A stretch of 57,305 nt of DNA, filler included, from Squatina squatina (taxonomy: Eukaryota), in assembly GCA_031763465.1 (NCBI GenBank). It is 3 parts of 3 records of this genome, joined end to end, with 100 filler letters (N's around TTAATTAATTAA, not from the genome) between each part and the next. Parts side by side here need not be neighbours in the genome. Positions count along the whole stretch, not along the records: positions 1 to 26,281 come from JARFOE010000073.1; 2 more parts are not named here. One strand, given 5' to 3'. The position numbers and the translations under genes are program-made. Of the stretch, positions 11,372 through 22,782 are shown piece by piece (the first letter of the stretch is position 1; each line of letters opens with the position of its first letter). The notes beneath the pieces are model-generated. The model saw only the letters and a program-made list of their open reading frames with translations, searched no databases and was not told the origin of the DNA.

Positions 11372-11540
11372 AGGCCGATTCCTGTCTTCGCCGCCTGGGT
11401 GGTGGGTTGGCGGAGCAGATCGCCCGGCCGTTGTACAACATGACCAAGTTCAGTTGATTGAAGTTTGGGCATGTTCTATAAAGGGCCAGCGATCTGCTCC
11501 ACCAGATTACCACCCTGCTTCTGAAGGCAGAAATCTACCC
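11372..11540. mobile_element. Palindromic MITE-like element (second copy)
   Basis: Imperfect ~160-nt inverted repeat centred near 11455; right arm shares ~40 nt with 9643-9680 and ends aaatctaccc, complementary to gggtagattt at 9532. Confidence 0.65.
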
Positions 11541-11625
11541 AAAATAGCTTTCATGGTTTCTTTAAATGTGTGAAAGAAGAGCTATTCAATGCAGTTTTCT
11601 GGTTTAAAAAAAGACTTTCATAATA

Positions 11626-12123
11626 ACACAAGAACTTAAGAAATAGGAGCAGGAGTAGGCCATTCAGCCCCTCGAGCCTGTCTCTCCCCCCCCCCCCCAT
11701 TCAACAAGGTCATGGCTGATCTTCTATCTCAATGCCATTTTCCTGCACTATCCCCATATCCCTTAATTCCTTTAATATCTAGAAATCTATCAATCTCTGC
11801 TTTGAATGTACTTCAATGACTGAGCCTCCACAGCCCTCTGGGGTAGAGAATTCCAAAGATTCACCACACCCTGAATGAAGAAATTTCTCCTCATCTCAGT
11901 CCTAAATAACCTACCTCTTATTCTGAGATGGTACGTCCTGGTTCTAAATACCAGCATCCCCCCCCAGCCCCAGCCAGGGGAAACATCCTCCCTGTATCTA
12001 CCCTGTCGAGCCCTGTAAGAATTTTGTATGTTTCAATGAGATCGCCTCTCATTCTTCTAAACTCTATATAGGCCTAGTCTACTCAATCTCTCCTCATAGG
12101 ACAATCCCACCATCCTAGGAATC
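11626..12123 (-). mobile_element. CR1 LINE 3' end
   Basis: Starts with reverse-complement CR1 tail (gaaataggagcaggagtaggccattc) and matches 44263-44766. Confidence 0.9.
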
Positions 12124-12732
12124 ATAAACAGATGAACATGTGAAGGATTTTCTTTTTTTTTCCTGTCTATTTTGTCAGACAGAAGGACGGGATGGGACGG
12201 GACAGCATGGGATGGCCTTGCTTACAGATGTCCACATCATTGCTGGGCCACAACCCAGGAGTAGCTGCACCATGATTTCCTAACATGGCTGATGGTGACT
12301 GAGTGGATGTACTAACAAATATAATTATTTTCTCTCTTTAAAATATCTTTGTGCTCATCAAACCGAGGACCATTGGCACTGTGGAATGGAACGTTTCCCA
12401 TCTCAGGCAGCCAGTTTCAGTTCCGTGCACTCGTGGGGCAGGTATGCTGGCAATTACGGGAATACATCGAATGACATCATCCTGTTATTACCGGGTTATT
12501 TGAATGTACCTGCTCATGTTTGGACAGACGTAACGGAAGTAACGGTGCAAGGCGGCAAGCCAGTGGTAAGGTATTACTAGTTGATTTACTCTCCCTGTCA
12601 TTCCTGGTATCACCCAGAGCAGAAAACCTCGGCCATATGCTCTTATACATGGCAATGTGTTCTAATGCACACCAATACGACCTTCTGCATGCTTCCATGT
12701 GCTACTGCATGCTAATGTACTGTTATTGTATA

Positions 12733-13195
12733 GATTTTACAAAAAAAAGGTCTCTGGAATACAAAGAGGAAGAAGTAATGTTTCAGTTGTATAGAGCCTT
12801 GCCATCGAGAGTACTGCATTCAGTTCTGGGCATCGCAGGTCAGGAAGGATATATTGGCCTTGTAAGGGGTGCAGCGCAGATTCGTCAGAATAATACTGGG
12901 GGTTAGAGGGTTAAATTATGAGAACAGGCTGCATAAACTTGCCTAATATTCCCTTGAGTATAAAATAGAATCATAGAAATTTACAGCACTGAAGGAGGTA
13001 ATTCAGCCCATCATGTCCATACCGGCCGACAAACAGCTATCCAGCCTAATCCCACTTTCCGGCTCTTGGTCCATAGTCCTGTAGGTTACGGCACTTAAAG
13101 TGCACATTCAAGTACTTGATAAATGTGATGAGGGTTTTTGCCTCTACCACCCTTTCAGGCAGTGAGTTCCAGACCCTCACCACCCTCTGGGTAAA
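12733..13195. mobile_element. Two adjacent CR1 fragments (+ 12733-12963, - 12965-13195)
   Basis: LEYKEEEVMFQLYRAL motif on +; atagaatcatagaa tail and CR1 3' UTR on -. Confidence 0.8.
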
Positions 13196-14389
13196 NNNNN
13201 NNNNNNNNNNNNNNNNNNNNNNNNNNNNNNNNNNNNNNNNNNNNNNNNNNNNNNNNNNNNNNNNNNNNNNNNNNNNNNNNNNNNNNNNNNNNNNNAATTA
13301 AGCTCCAGGAAGGTCAAACTGACCAGACATTTTCATTATTACATTATTCTGACACTCTAGCAAGGACTGCAGCCCTCACTCAGCTCTACTTACCTCTTGG
13401 CTTGTCTTTTTGGCATTATTTGTAAAATTTTTAATTGAAATATCTGAGCACCCATAAGTTCGCTTCAACCCAACCCACATGATGTCCAAGGGGTCGGCAG
13501 TACAACCAACAGTATAGTTGTTCAGCCTGTTGAACAAGAGGATTCAAATGTTAGAGGTGTCCTTCAGACATGCCATCATTTCTTTAATTGTCTTAGAAAT
13601 TGTTTTTAATTGTCTTAGAAATAAACTTGGAAAGAGATTCAGCTCCACCATTAGGAAGATCTTTTGAGCTCTCAGTTAGCTAAATCTTCCATCATAGATT
13701 GACTTTGAGATGCCACTGGTTCTTGGCAATAAGGATAAGTCGAATCCTATATCTTGCTCCCTCACTGAGAACAATTAAACTCTCATTAAAGAAAGTGAGG
13801 TACATAGAACCTGCTATTAAGTATTATTCATGATTTGCATAAGAATAATACACTTTATTAATTATGTTTTCCCCAAAATGATCCATTACCAGTTTAAAAC
13901 AGTCAGAGTTTCTTCAGACTCCACATGTGCTATTTGTTGGGTCTCGGGATGTAGCCATGCTTCCTCGACCTCAGCTCTTTCAAATTCTGAGGACTGCCAA
14001 ATAGTTTTGAAAATAACTTCCATTTTGTTAAATAAAAAAACTCATAGCCAAATGTTTTTGATAAATCACGTGTGTTCGGGCATATAACCAAAAATAAACG
14101 TGCACGATAGTGGCAACAACTCATCAGGTTCTGCTAGGGTAGCGCCTTAGTCATCTCTCGTCCAGTTTTCAGTTAAGATGATCATGGAATATAGTTGGGT
14201 TGTATTCAAACAAACGTTGTGCCAAAGTTATGTTGCTAAATCACAGATATGTTCAGTTATAACCTCATGCTTTGTGATGTCATAGAGCCAGCAGAATTCA
14301 AGTGACAGGAATTTACATAATAATCAGTCTCCAAAGCCAAATCACAATCATATTAAAATTTGCCAATTTTGAGATAGTTGGCAAATAAC

Positions 14390-15563
14390 CATAGAATCAT
14401 AGACAGTTATGGCATAGAAGGCAGCCATTTGGCCCATTGTGTCCGTGCTGGCTGAAAAAGCACCATCCCACTAATCCCACTTTCTAGCTCTTGGTCTGTA
14501 GCCTTGTAGGTTTCAACACTTCAAGTGCAAATCCAAGTACTTTTTAAATGCGATCAGGATTTCTGCCTCTATCACCCTTTCAGACAGTGAGTTCCAAACC
14601 CCACCACCCTCTGGGTGAAAAATGTTCTCCTCAACTTCACTCTAATCCTTCTACCAGTTACTTTAAATCTGTGCCACCTGGCTATTGACCTCTCTGCTAA
14701 GGGGAATAGGTCCTTCCCATCCACTCTATCCAGGCCCTTCATAATTTTATACACCTCAATTAAATCTCCCCTCACCCTCCTCTGTTCCAAAGAAAAAAAA
14801 CCCAGCCGATCCAATCTTTCCTCACAGCTAAAATTCTCTAGTCCAGGCAACATCATTGTAAATATCCTTTGTAGCATTTCAAGTGAAATCACATCTTTCC
14901 AGTAATGTGGTGACCAGAATTGTACACAGTACTCTAGCTGTGGCCTAATTAGTGTTTGATACGGTTCTAGCATAACCTCCCTGCTCTTTTATTCTATGCA
15001 TTGGCCAATAACGGAAAGTATCCCGAATGACTTCGTAACCACCTTATCTACCTGTCCTGCTACCTTCAGGGGTCCGTGGACATGTACTCCAAGGTCCTTC
15101 TGTTACGCTATGCTTCTCAGCATCCTGCCATTTATTGTGTATTCCTTTGCCTTGTTAGCCCTCCCCAAATGCATTGCCTCACATTTCTCCGGATTGAATT
15201 CCATTTGCCACTTTTCTGCCCAACTGACCAGCCCATTGATATCTGCTTGCAGTCTAAAACTTTCTTCCTCACTATGACCAATTACTACCACATGGCCAAT
15301 TTTTGTATCCTATGTAAACTTCTCACCCATGACCGCTACATTGAAGTCTAAATCATTGCTGCACACCACAAAAAGCAAGGGACCTAGTACTGAGCCCTGT
15401 GGAACTCCACTGGAGACAGCCTTCCAGTCAGAAAACACCCGTTGACCATTATGCTTTGCTTCCTACCACTGAGCCAGTTGTGGATCCAACTTGCCACTTT
15501 CCCTGTATGCCATGGGCTTTTACTTTTTTGACCTGTCTGCCATGTGGGACCTTGTCAAAAGCC
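14390..15563 (-). mobile_element. CR1 LINE, ~1.2 kb 3' part of ORF2 plus 3' UTR
   Basis: YQTLIRPQLEYCVQFWSPHY; LQADINGLVSWAEKWQMEFNPEKCEAMHLGR; atagaatc tail. Confidence 0.93.
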
Positions 15564-15569
15564 AAAAAC

Positions 15570-15788
15570 TGGTTGGAAGATGAGGAGGGATTTTTCAGTG
15601 CAGTTAATTGTTATCATCTGGAATGCCCTGCCTGAAAGTATGGTGGAAGCAGATTCAATTGTTGGATGTAAACTTGTAAAGAAACAATTTGCAGCGCTGT
15701 GGGAAAAGAGCGGGGGAGTGGGACTAATCGGATCGCTCTTTCAAAGAGCCAGCACAGACACAGTGGACTGAATGGTCACCTTCTGTAT
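15570..15788 (+). mobile_element. CR1 LINE 3' end
   Basis: MRRDFS...IWNALPESMVEADSI followed by CR1 3' UTR. Confidence 0.8.
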
Positions 15789-16514
15789 NNNNNNNNNNNN
15801 NNNNNNNNNNNNNNNNNNNNNNNNNNNNNNNNNNNNNNNNNNNNNNNNNNNNNNNNNNNNNNNNNNNNNNNNNNNNNNNNNNNNNNNNTAATGCAGGTGA
15901 AAGAAACTGCATCTGCCCATTGGGATCTGGGTTTTTGCTGTATTTTAGAAGCTAAAATGATGCAAAGTATTTATTTTAATCTGTTCTGATTTTTAGTTTT
16001 TCCATCCTTCAGTCACTTGTACTATATTAAATCATTTTTTAATATGAAATATGTGTAATATTCTTATCCATGCACGCCATTTAAATTCAAAAATATGCTA
16101 AAATCATGCAGTTAAAAATCTCTTTCCTAATTCTAGCCTGGACTTGCAGTATCTGGTGGTGATTACATGCCTGGTGGATCATGTGCTTGCTTTTGTGCTC
16201 TGTTGCCATAGTGAAGTTTTTTTTTAAAAGAAGCAATAGATCTATTGTGTCCCTTCAGTTGGCCCTCCCGAGATTATTACCAGATATAACCACTTTGCTA
16301 CAAGGCAAGGCCTGTTTGCTTCAGTTGTGACAAAAATAGCTTGTAAATGTTAAAAAGGAGTCTGTTTTGAGGACTGTTAGCTGTTTGGGCATGGCATGTG
16401 CCTGTTTACAATGCCGAGACACTGTTTTCAGTTTGATTTATGTTGAGGCACTTAGTCTCTGTTAATATAATGGTAATAAAAACAGAAAATGCTGGAAATA
16501 CACAGCAGGACAAT

Positions 16515-16690
16515 CAGCCCAGGTGGCCCTGCCGGGAATCTTTGAGGCCTTCCGTGACCATTGGGCACCACGGGGACTGGAGTGTGTAGTGGACACTGGA
16601 AATAATAATTTTAGAAATTGCCTTTGGTTTAGTATCTCTAAAAAGGGTCACTTTGTTTTTTGTTTGATCCCAGTGTCTCCTTATTAGTTT
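16515..16690 (+). mobile_element. Probable Tx1/L1-clade LINE 3' end
   Basis: EAFRDHWAPRGLECVVD resembles Tx1 ORF2 C-termini (recall). Confidence 0.5.
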
Positions 16691-17673
16691 ATTAGAAAAG
16701 GCATCTGAAGAGAAGTTAATGCTTTTGTGGGAATCCTTTGGCTTCTAGTGAGAAAATTTGGTCAGTTTGGACTGTCTGATGAGAAGGTTTGAGACTTTTC
16801 TTTGCAGAATATTTCTTGGTTAATATTACTTACTGTAGCATTCGGCTGAGCGCAACGCTTTGACTGACGCCTGTCAGGGGACCAGCTTCAGATCCTTACA
16901 GCTTCGCTTGCTTAGCAGCTCAGTTTAATTTTTTTTCTTCTCGCCAATTCATTTGAAGGTTTAGAAGTGGACAGATTCAAGGTAAATAAATAGGCTGAAA
17001 TGTTGAAAGCTGGTAGAGAGGGTGAGAGGAAAGGGGAGAAGATGATACTAACTGGATTGCTGAGGGTTTGGTATTGGGGACCCATATTGTTTCTAAATGT
17101 AATACAAAACAATGAGATTCGCAATACTGAACTGCCTAGCGAAGCATCCAAGGACGTACAACATGAGCTAGGTAAAATCTGTAATGGTGGCAGGTTAGAT
17201 TCAATGCTGATGAAATTTAGTTGAAATAAGTGAGCACATTGGAAGAAAAATGAGCAACATATGATGCTGAAATAGCTAAAGGTGAATTTGAGCTATTTCT
17301 GGAGATGTTAACACACTCGGTAGTTACTGTTCAGTCACTGGAGCGGACTGCGTTATTTCTGGTCATTGAAACACGAGACAATTGGCAAGAAAAGGTTAAA
17401 AAATAAAGTCCCTATCAGTGCAGATGATAGATGTCACTTTTTACATTTTTCTGCATTAATTTTGATGGTAAGTGGGGTTTGTAGCAAAAGTAATTGATTT
17501 GAAATTTATCTACCTTTTGAAATTGAACTGGGCACTGTTCTGAACTGGACTTTTTTTTTTACATTGTTTTAGAAACATTTCCCAATTGTTATACTTCCAT
17601 GTGGGTATTGTCAGTTGGGTTAGTTCAGCTGTTTGACAGTATTGAGAGCCAGTAATTTTATTTTTGTTCACAG

Positions 17674-17775
17674 GAGAGCTCACACCTTGACTGTGTTATT
17701 CATCCTGACTTGTGCACTGGTTTATGTTACTCTGTTGGAAGAAACGCCTCAGGACACAGCCTATAATATTAAGAG
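17674..17775 (+). CDS. PTDSS2: Phosphatidylserine synthase 2, exon 2
   Basis: [34 protein letters not shown]; AG/GT flanks. Confidence 0.95.
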
Positions 17776-18253
17776 GTAAGTGGAGGCTTCGTGCAAGCAG
17801 CTTGTGTAATATTCTACTTTCATTGCTAAAATCCAATATAATTACAAAGTTTACTTTCAGTTTTCCATACCTNNNNNNNNNNNNNNNNNNNNNNNNNNNN
17901 NNNNNNNNNNNNNNNNNNNNNNNNNNNNNNNNNNNNNNNNNNNNNNNNNNNNNNNNNNNNNNNNNNNNNNNNATGCAGAGAGCCACTCACATTACCAGAC
18001 ATTGCCAGACTGACTTAGTAGTCATATCTTGCGACAGGAAAGTTAATACTTTTTTAAAAGCGTAGAATTTTATTTGATATGTACATTTTATGAAAAGTAG
18101 AGGACTTTGAACATGTATTTTCCCTTCAAGATGTATTTGTTTTATGAATCTTGAATGCTTGAAAAAATGTTAAGTGCTTCAGCAGAGGCTTGAATTATGA
18201 TCAACCACTGCTATGAACACGAGATGTTTCTCATTTTACCGTTTGATTTGCAG

Positions 18254-18336
18254 AGGGATTGTTGCCAGCATTCTCGTGTTCTTATGTTTTGGAGTCACTC
18301 AAGCAAAAGATGGGCCATTTTCCAGACCTCACCCAG
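18254..18336 (+). CDS. PTDSS2: Phosphatidylserine synthase 2, exon 3
   Basis: [27 protein letters not shown]; phase matches previous exon. Confidence 0.95.
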
Positions 18337-19954
18337 GTATAGTACTGTGATTTTGTAATGTCTCTGTCAGTCCTACTCCGACCTTGTCTCCTATTTTAAA
18401 ACTGTTCTCCAAGCTTAAATTCGAGGCACTTACCTTGTGCAATGCATCCTGTCCCACAATCCAGAAATCAGTTGGGAGGGACCATGTAAAAGAATATCAT
18501 TGTATTGCTTCAGTCAGTGATTGTCTAGTTTTGTACCCTATATTAGGTTGAAGTTCCATATCAATTTACTCATAGATTCCAGTGATTTGGTACCACTCAG
18601 GTTAACTCCAGTATTTTCATTATCTCATGGAAAATTGCAATAGTGAGGCAGCAAGTTTCAGTATGTGCGCTAAGTGCAGACATTTGTAGGATATCTTGTG
18701 CCAAATCACTTGCCCTATCCATTGTTACAAGCATTTACATCTTATGTTCATACTTATACAGTCTCTACAGGACTTGCTTCAGAAGAACCTTCAGCCTCTT
18801 AATTGGCCTAGTGGAATTACTGGTATGCATATGTATTTAAGCATAACTAGAACAAGAATCTTGTTTAGCAGTTCCAGCGTGTCAGGCGGCTTTCATAATG
18901 AGATGAATTCCTCCTCTATCGAAAGGCTTGGTTAAGGATTGTAGTAAAGCAGTGGGTTACAGACTAGCCTTTATACCCAGTAACTGCTTTACCTAACAGT
19001 CAGTATGAAAAACGGGATGTCTTATTGGACAGTTCAAATTTGAATATCCAGTCAAATACTTGGAACCAAATGTTCATGCATCTGACTCAGATGCTTTGTG
19101 GGGAGCTTGTTGGGGCAAGCTGTTATGGGTGTGTAACACCTTTTTGTGAAGGTTTGAGTATAATTTGGTGGATTAGAACCTAAAGTATGGATTGGGAAAA
19201 GACAATTCAGCCTCCCAAACCCATTTTGAATTGCAGACTGCGTGCAATTCACTCCATCAAAATCCAGTTAATATCTGAAAGAATTGAAACTGACCTTAAA
19301 CTGAGGTTTTGTAAAGTTTCATTTTGTTCCCAAAGCAAATTCACACTAGACTCCAGAACAGCTATCCTTACCTCTCACGATCAGATGCTTTCCTCGACAT
19401 GATGGCTCCATGGTCCCAGCAGGTTGGGAACCATTATTAAACCATTCAATCATCTCTATCTGTGCTTATATTAATAATCATAAAACCTATTGCTGGCCAG
19501 NNNNNNNNNNNNNNNNNNNNNNNNNNNNNNNNNNNNNNNNNNNNNNNNNNNNNNNNNNNNNNNNNNNNNNNNNNNNNNNNNNNNNNNNNNNNNNNNNNNN
19601 CCACCATTGCAGCTTTTCAGAATATTGTCAACGCTTTGTTTTCCCAGTCCCCCCCAACCCCGTCTTTCCTCTCTTGAAATTATGACTCCTATGCAGTTTG
19701 GTTTCATGAGTGTTTCTGACCCTCTGATAGCTCATCCAAGTGGTTATTCTTGAATGAACTGAGACAGATGTTTCGATTATGGTGAATAGGCAGTGTTGCA
19801 GCACAGCTGATGCTGTTATCAACCTTTTGTGTCCAGGCTGTATTCGGTCAGATAAAATGTCATGGATATTATCACTTAATTACACACCTAGGATCATTAA
19901 CCTTTACCAATGTGTTTCTACACTATTACTGATGTTTGGTTTTTGTTTCCACAG

Positions 19955-20089
19955 ACTGTTCAGGATGGGCGTCAATTCATGAAATTCATAGATCCAAAAC
20001 TGGGTGTCCCCTTACCAGAGAGGGACTATGGTGGGAACTGTCTTATCTTTGACCCAGGAAATAAGACTGATCCATATCACAACATCTGG
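19955..20089 (+). CDS. PTDSS2: Phosphatidylserine synthase 2, exon 5
   Basis: [45 protein letters not shown]; AG/GT flanks. Confidence 0.95.
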
Positions 20090-20288
20090 GTGAGATTTCT
20101 AAACTACTGTATTCCTTCCCCTACTGTCCGAATAGAAACTGTATACAGCAGCTGGAATTCAGTTACACTTAAATACTTGGAGTGCCACNNNNNNNNNNNN
20201 NNNNNNNNNNNNNNNNNNNNNNNNNNNNNNNNNNNNNNNNNNNNNNNNNNNNNNNNNNNNNNNNNNNNNNNNNNNNNNNNNNNNNNNN

Positions 20289-20925
20289 TGCTCCATATCT
20301 ATCGATACCCACACCCAAAAAATATCTGTCCTGAAAGCTCCAATTCGCCCCCAGAATCCACAGCTTTTTGGGGGAGAGAGCTCCAGATTTCTACCACCAT
20401 TCATGTGAGAAAGTGTTTCCTGATTTCACTCTTGAACTGCCGAACTCTAACTTTAAGATCGTGCCCCCTTGTTCCTTGGACATTTCAATATGTTAAAGGC
20501 GCTATATAAATGCAAAGTGTTGTTCTTGATTCTCCAGAGGAAATCATTTCTCTCTATCGACCCTGTCGAATTCCTTTAACATTATAAACATTTCGATCAG
20601 ATCACCTCTCAGTGTCCTAAACTTAATGGAATACAAGCTAACTTTATTCAACCTGTTCTCATAAGCTAACCACAGTGTGGGCTCCAGCTCAATGGGCAGC
20701 TCTCTGGCTTCTGAGTCAGAAGGTTGTGGGTTCAAGTCCCACTCCAGAGACTTGAACATATAAACCAGGCTGACACTCCAGTCAAGTGCCAAGAGAGTGC
20801 TGCTTTCAGATGAGACATTAAACTGAGGTCCCATCTACCCTCTCAAATGGACCTAAAAGATCCCATGGTACTATAATGAAGAAGAGCAGGGCAATTTGAG
20901 TGGGTAGCAGTAATTTTTTCCAGGG
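20289..20925. mobile_element. CR1 fragments (-) followed by tRNA-derived SINE (+, ~20675-20925)
   Basis: FRTLRGDLIEMFIMLKEFDRVDREK on -; SINE head with B-box gggttcaagtccc on +. Confidence 0.8.
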
Positions 20926-21497
20926 CGGAAAGTCGCAATGGAGGGGTTTAGGATGGGCAGGGAATATAGAGAAGAATGATGAGGAAGTGGTTGGTGAGAG
21001 CCCTGTTGATGTGGAGACCTTGGATGTCTCAACACCATGTGTGAAGATGACATTGAGCAGGTGGCATGTGTGTAAATGGAGTCGTCAAAAGAGAAGGTTA
21101 GGTTCAGGGATTTATCAAGTTTGCAAGTTGTACTTACAGTCTGAAACTTTAGGAAAGGCTACATGCCACAAATCACAACCCATTGGCAAGAATGGGAGTT
21201 GTATAGCTGAGATTTTTGGCAGTTTAAACAGAAATTTATTGAAGCCTTTCAGCTTTAAGGATTTGAAAAAATGGCCATGTTACTGGCTTTCTTGCTGGAC
21301 TAATGTAGCAGTGTGCTTGTCTTAACTTTGTTCCTTGAAAATGTTATTTTATTAAATTGAATTTCAATTAGCACTTTACAGCGAAATTTGAGTTAAATTA
21401 TTGAGAGTCTGAAACTTGTACTCTGTCCACCTAGAACAAGATGTGCTTTCTTCCCTGCCATTGCAGAAGGTTAGCAAAACTGTGCTTTTGTTTACAG

Positions 21498-21616
21498 TGG
21501 ATAATGGATGTGGTTCTGTGCAATGGATTTGGAATCTATTGTGCAATGAAGACATTGGAGTGGCTTTCAATGAAGCCGTATCACTGGCAAGGACTCTGGA
21601 ATATTCACACTTACAA
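21498..21616 (+). CDS. PTDSS2: Phosphatidylserine synthase 2, exon 8
   Basis: [40 protein letters not shown]; AG/GTAAGT flanks; not in the ORF track. Confidence 0.95.
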
Positions 21617-22054
21617 GTAAGTGATACTGGTTGCCAAGACACAGTGGGTGGGGTCTGTTCTATGCACATGTATCCTCTCATTGCCCATTACACAGTAAAT
21701 GCTAAATTTTCATAAGCACACCCAGGAAGGAACAAACATTTCTTAGTGAGAATTATTTTAGGAATTTTAACTGCACTCCTATAGACTAAAAGCACCGACA
21801 CAGGTGTGCAGGCATCGGTTACACTCCAGTGAAGGTGCCTTTATTCAACAGGAGTGCAACCATTGTTACTTATTGCTGCACTCTGTTGTTTCTGCTCCAA
21901 CTAGTTTGAGGAACTAGTTGTGGATCCAGAAAAGTATGGGTTTAGGAATGTTTCATCATGTTGAAGCTACTGCATTCAATGAAGTAAATGCTGGGAGCTG
22001 ACTCATGGCTACCAGTCCCCCTAGAATCTGAATAGAATCAGCCCCAGTATCTGC

Positions 22055-22782
22055 CCTGGCTCAGTGGGCGGCACTCTCGTCTCTGGGTCAGAAGGTTGTG
22101 GGTTCAAGTCCCACCCCAGGGACTTGAGCGTATAATAATCCAGGCTGACACTCCTAGGGAGTGCTACACTGTCAGAGGTGCTGTGTTTCGCATGTGACTT
22201 TAAACCAAGGGCCCTGTCTGCTCTCTCAGGTGGGTGTAAAAGACCACAGGGCACTATTTTGAAGAAGAACAGGGGAGTTATCCCTGGTGTCCTGGCTAAT
22301 ATTTATCCCTCAATCAAAATCACAAAAAAACATAGGGGCTGAAATTGAGCTCCAGGCGAGGGGATGGTTGCTGGTGGCCCAGTGTCTGACTGCGGGGTGT
22401 GTTCAAGATGGCGGTGGCCCTCACCTTTAAGAGAGGCCCGGCTGTGCTGCTGACATCAATGCAGTGCTTCGGATGCTGATGGCATGACGCTCAAACCAAG
22501 CCACCGTTGTCCGAGCCCTGCTGCTCTGGGGGCACGCTGTGTCCCACAGGTGCCCTGGATCATTCAATTCCAGGAGGGGTGGGCGCTGGCAAGAGAAATG
22601 CTGGCACTGCCCCATACGAGGTTCAAATGCGGTGCCACTAGATTTCAGGCCCATAATCTGTTTATGGGAGCTTGGGTGCTGCATTTCCTATATTTCAACA
22701 GAGACTACACTTCAAGAGCTGTAAAGAGCTTTGGGATCTCCTGAGGTGGTGAAAGGCGCTATAGAAATGCAAGTCTTTCTTT
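22055..22782 (+). mobile_element. tRNA-derived SINE split by a MITE
   Basis: A-box tggctcagtgg and B-box gggttcaagtccc; body resumes at 22654 and ends aggcgctatagaaatgcaagtctttcttt. Confidence 0.85.
22335..22652. mobile_element. GC-rich MITE, PIF/Harbinger-like
   Basis: TIR ggggctgaaat/atttcaggccc with 3-bp ATA duplication on both sides. Confidence 0.75.

Larger units (their letters stand above)
8199..14389 (-). pseudogene. Candidate decayed multi-exon gene(s) B, unknown family, fragmented by retroposons
   Basis: Minus-strand exon-like blocks with canonical donors: 13394-13810 (AG/GTAAGT flanks, 79- and 75-nt introns), ~12170-12730, 11189-11376 (GTATGC donor), 10447-10540 (GTAAGT donor), ~8199-8500; low stop density in one frame per block. 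Confidence 0.45.

Noticed and set aside
12179-12730. Plus-strand three-exon model (ORF 12386-12580 with ~50-nt introns)
   Set aside because: The first exon has stops and the middle acceptor lacks AG; the minus-strand frame is longer and fits neighbouring blocks, though strand is not proven.
18337-21497. Apparent loss of PTDSS2 exons 4, 6 and 7
   Set aside because: Each missing exon position coincides with a 100-N gap (19501-19600, 20189-20288); assembly incompleteness is sufficient.
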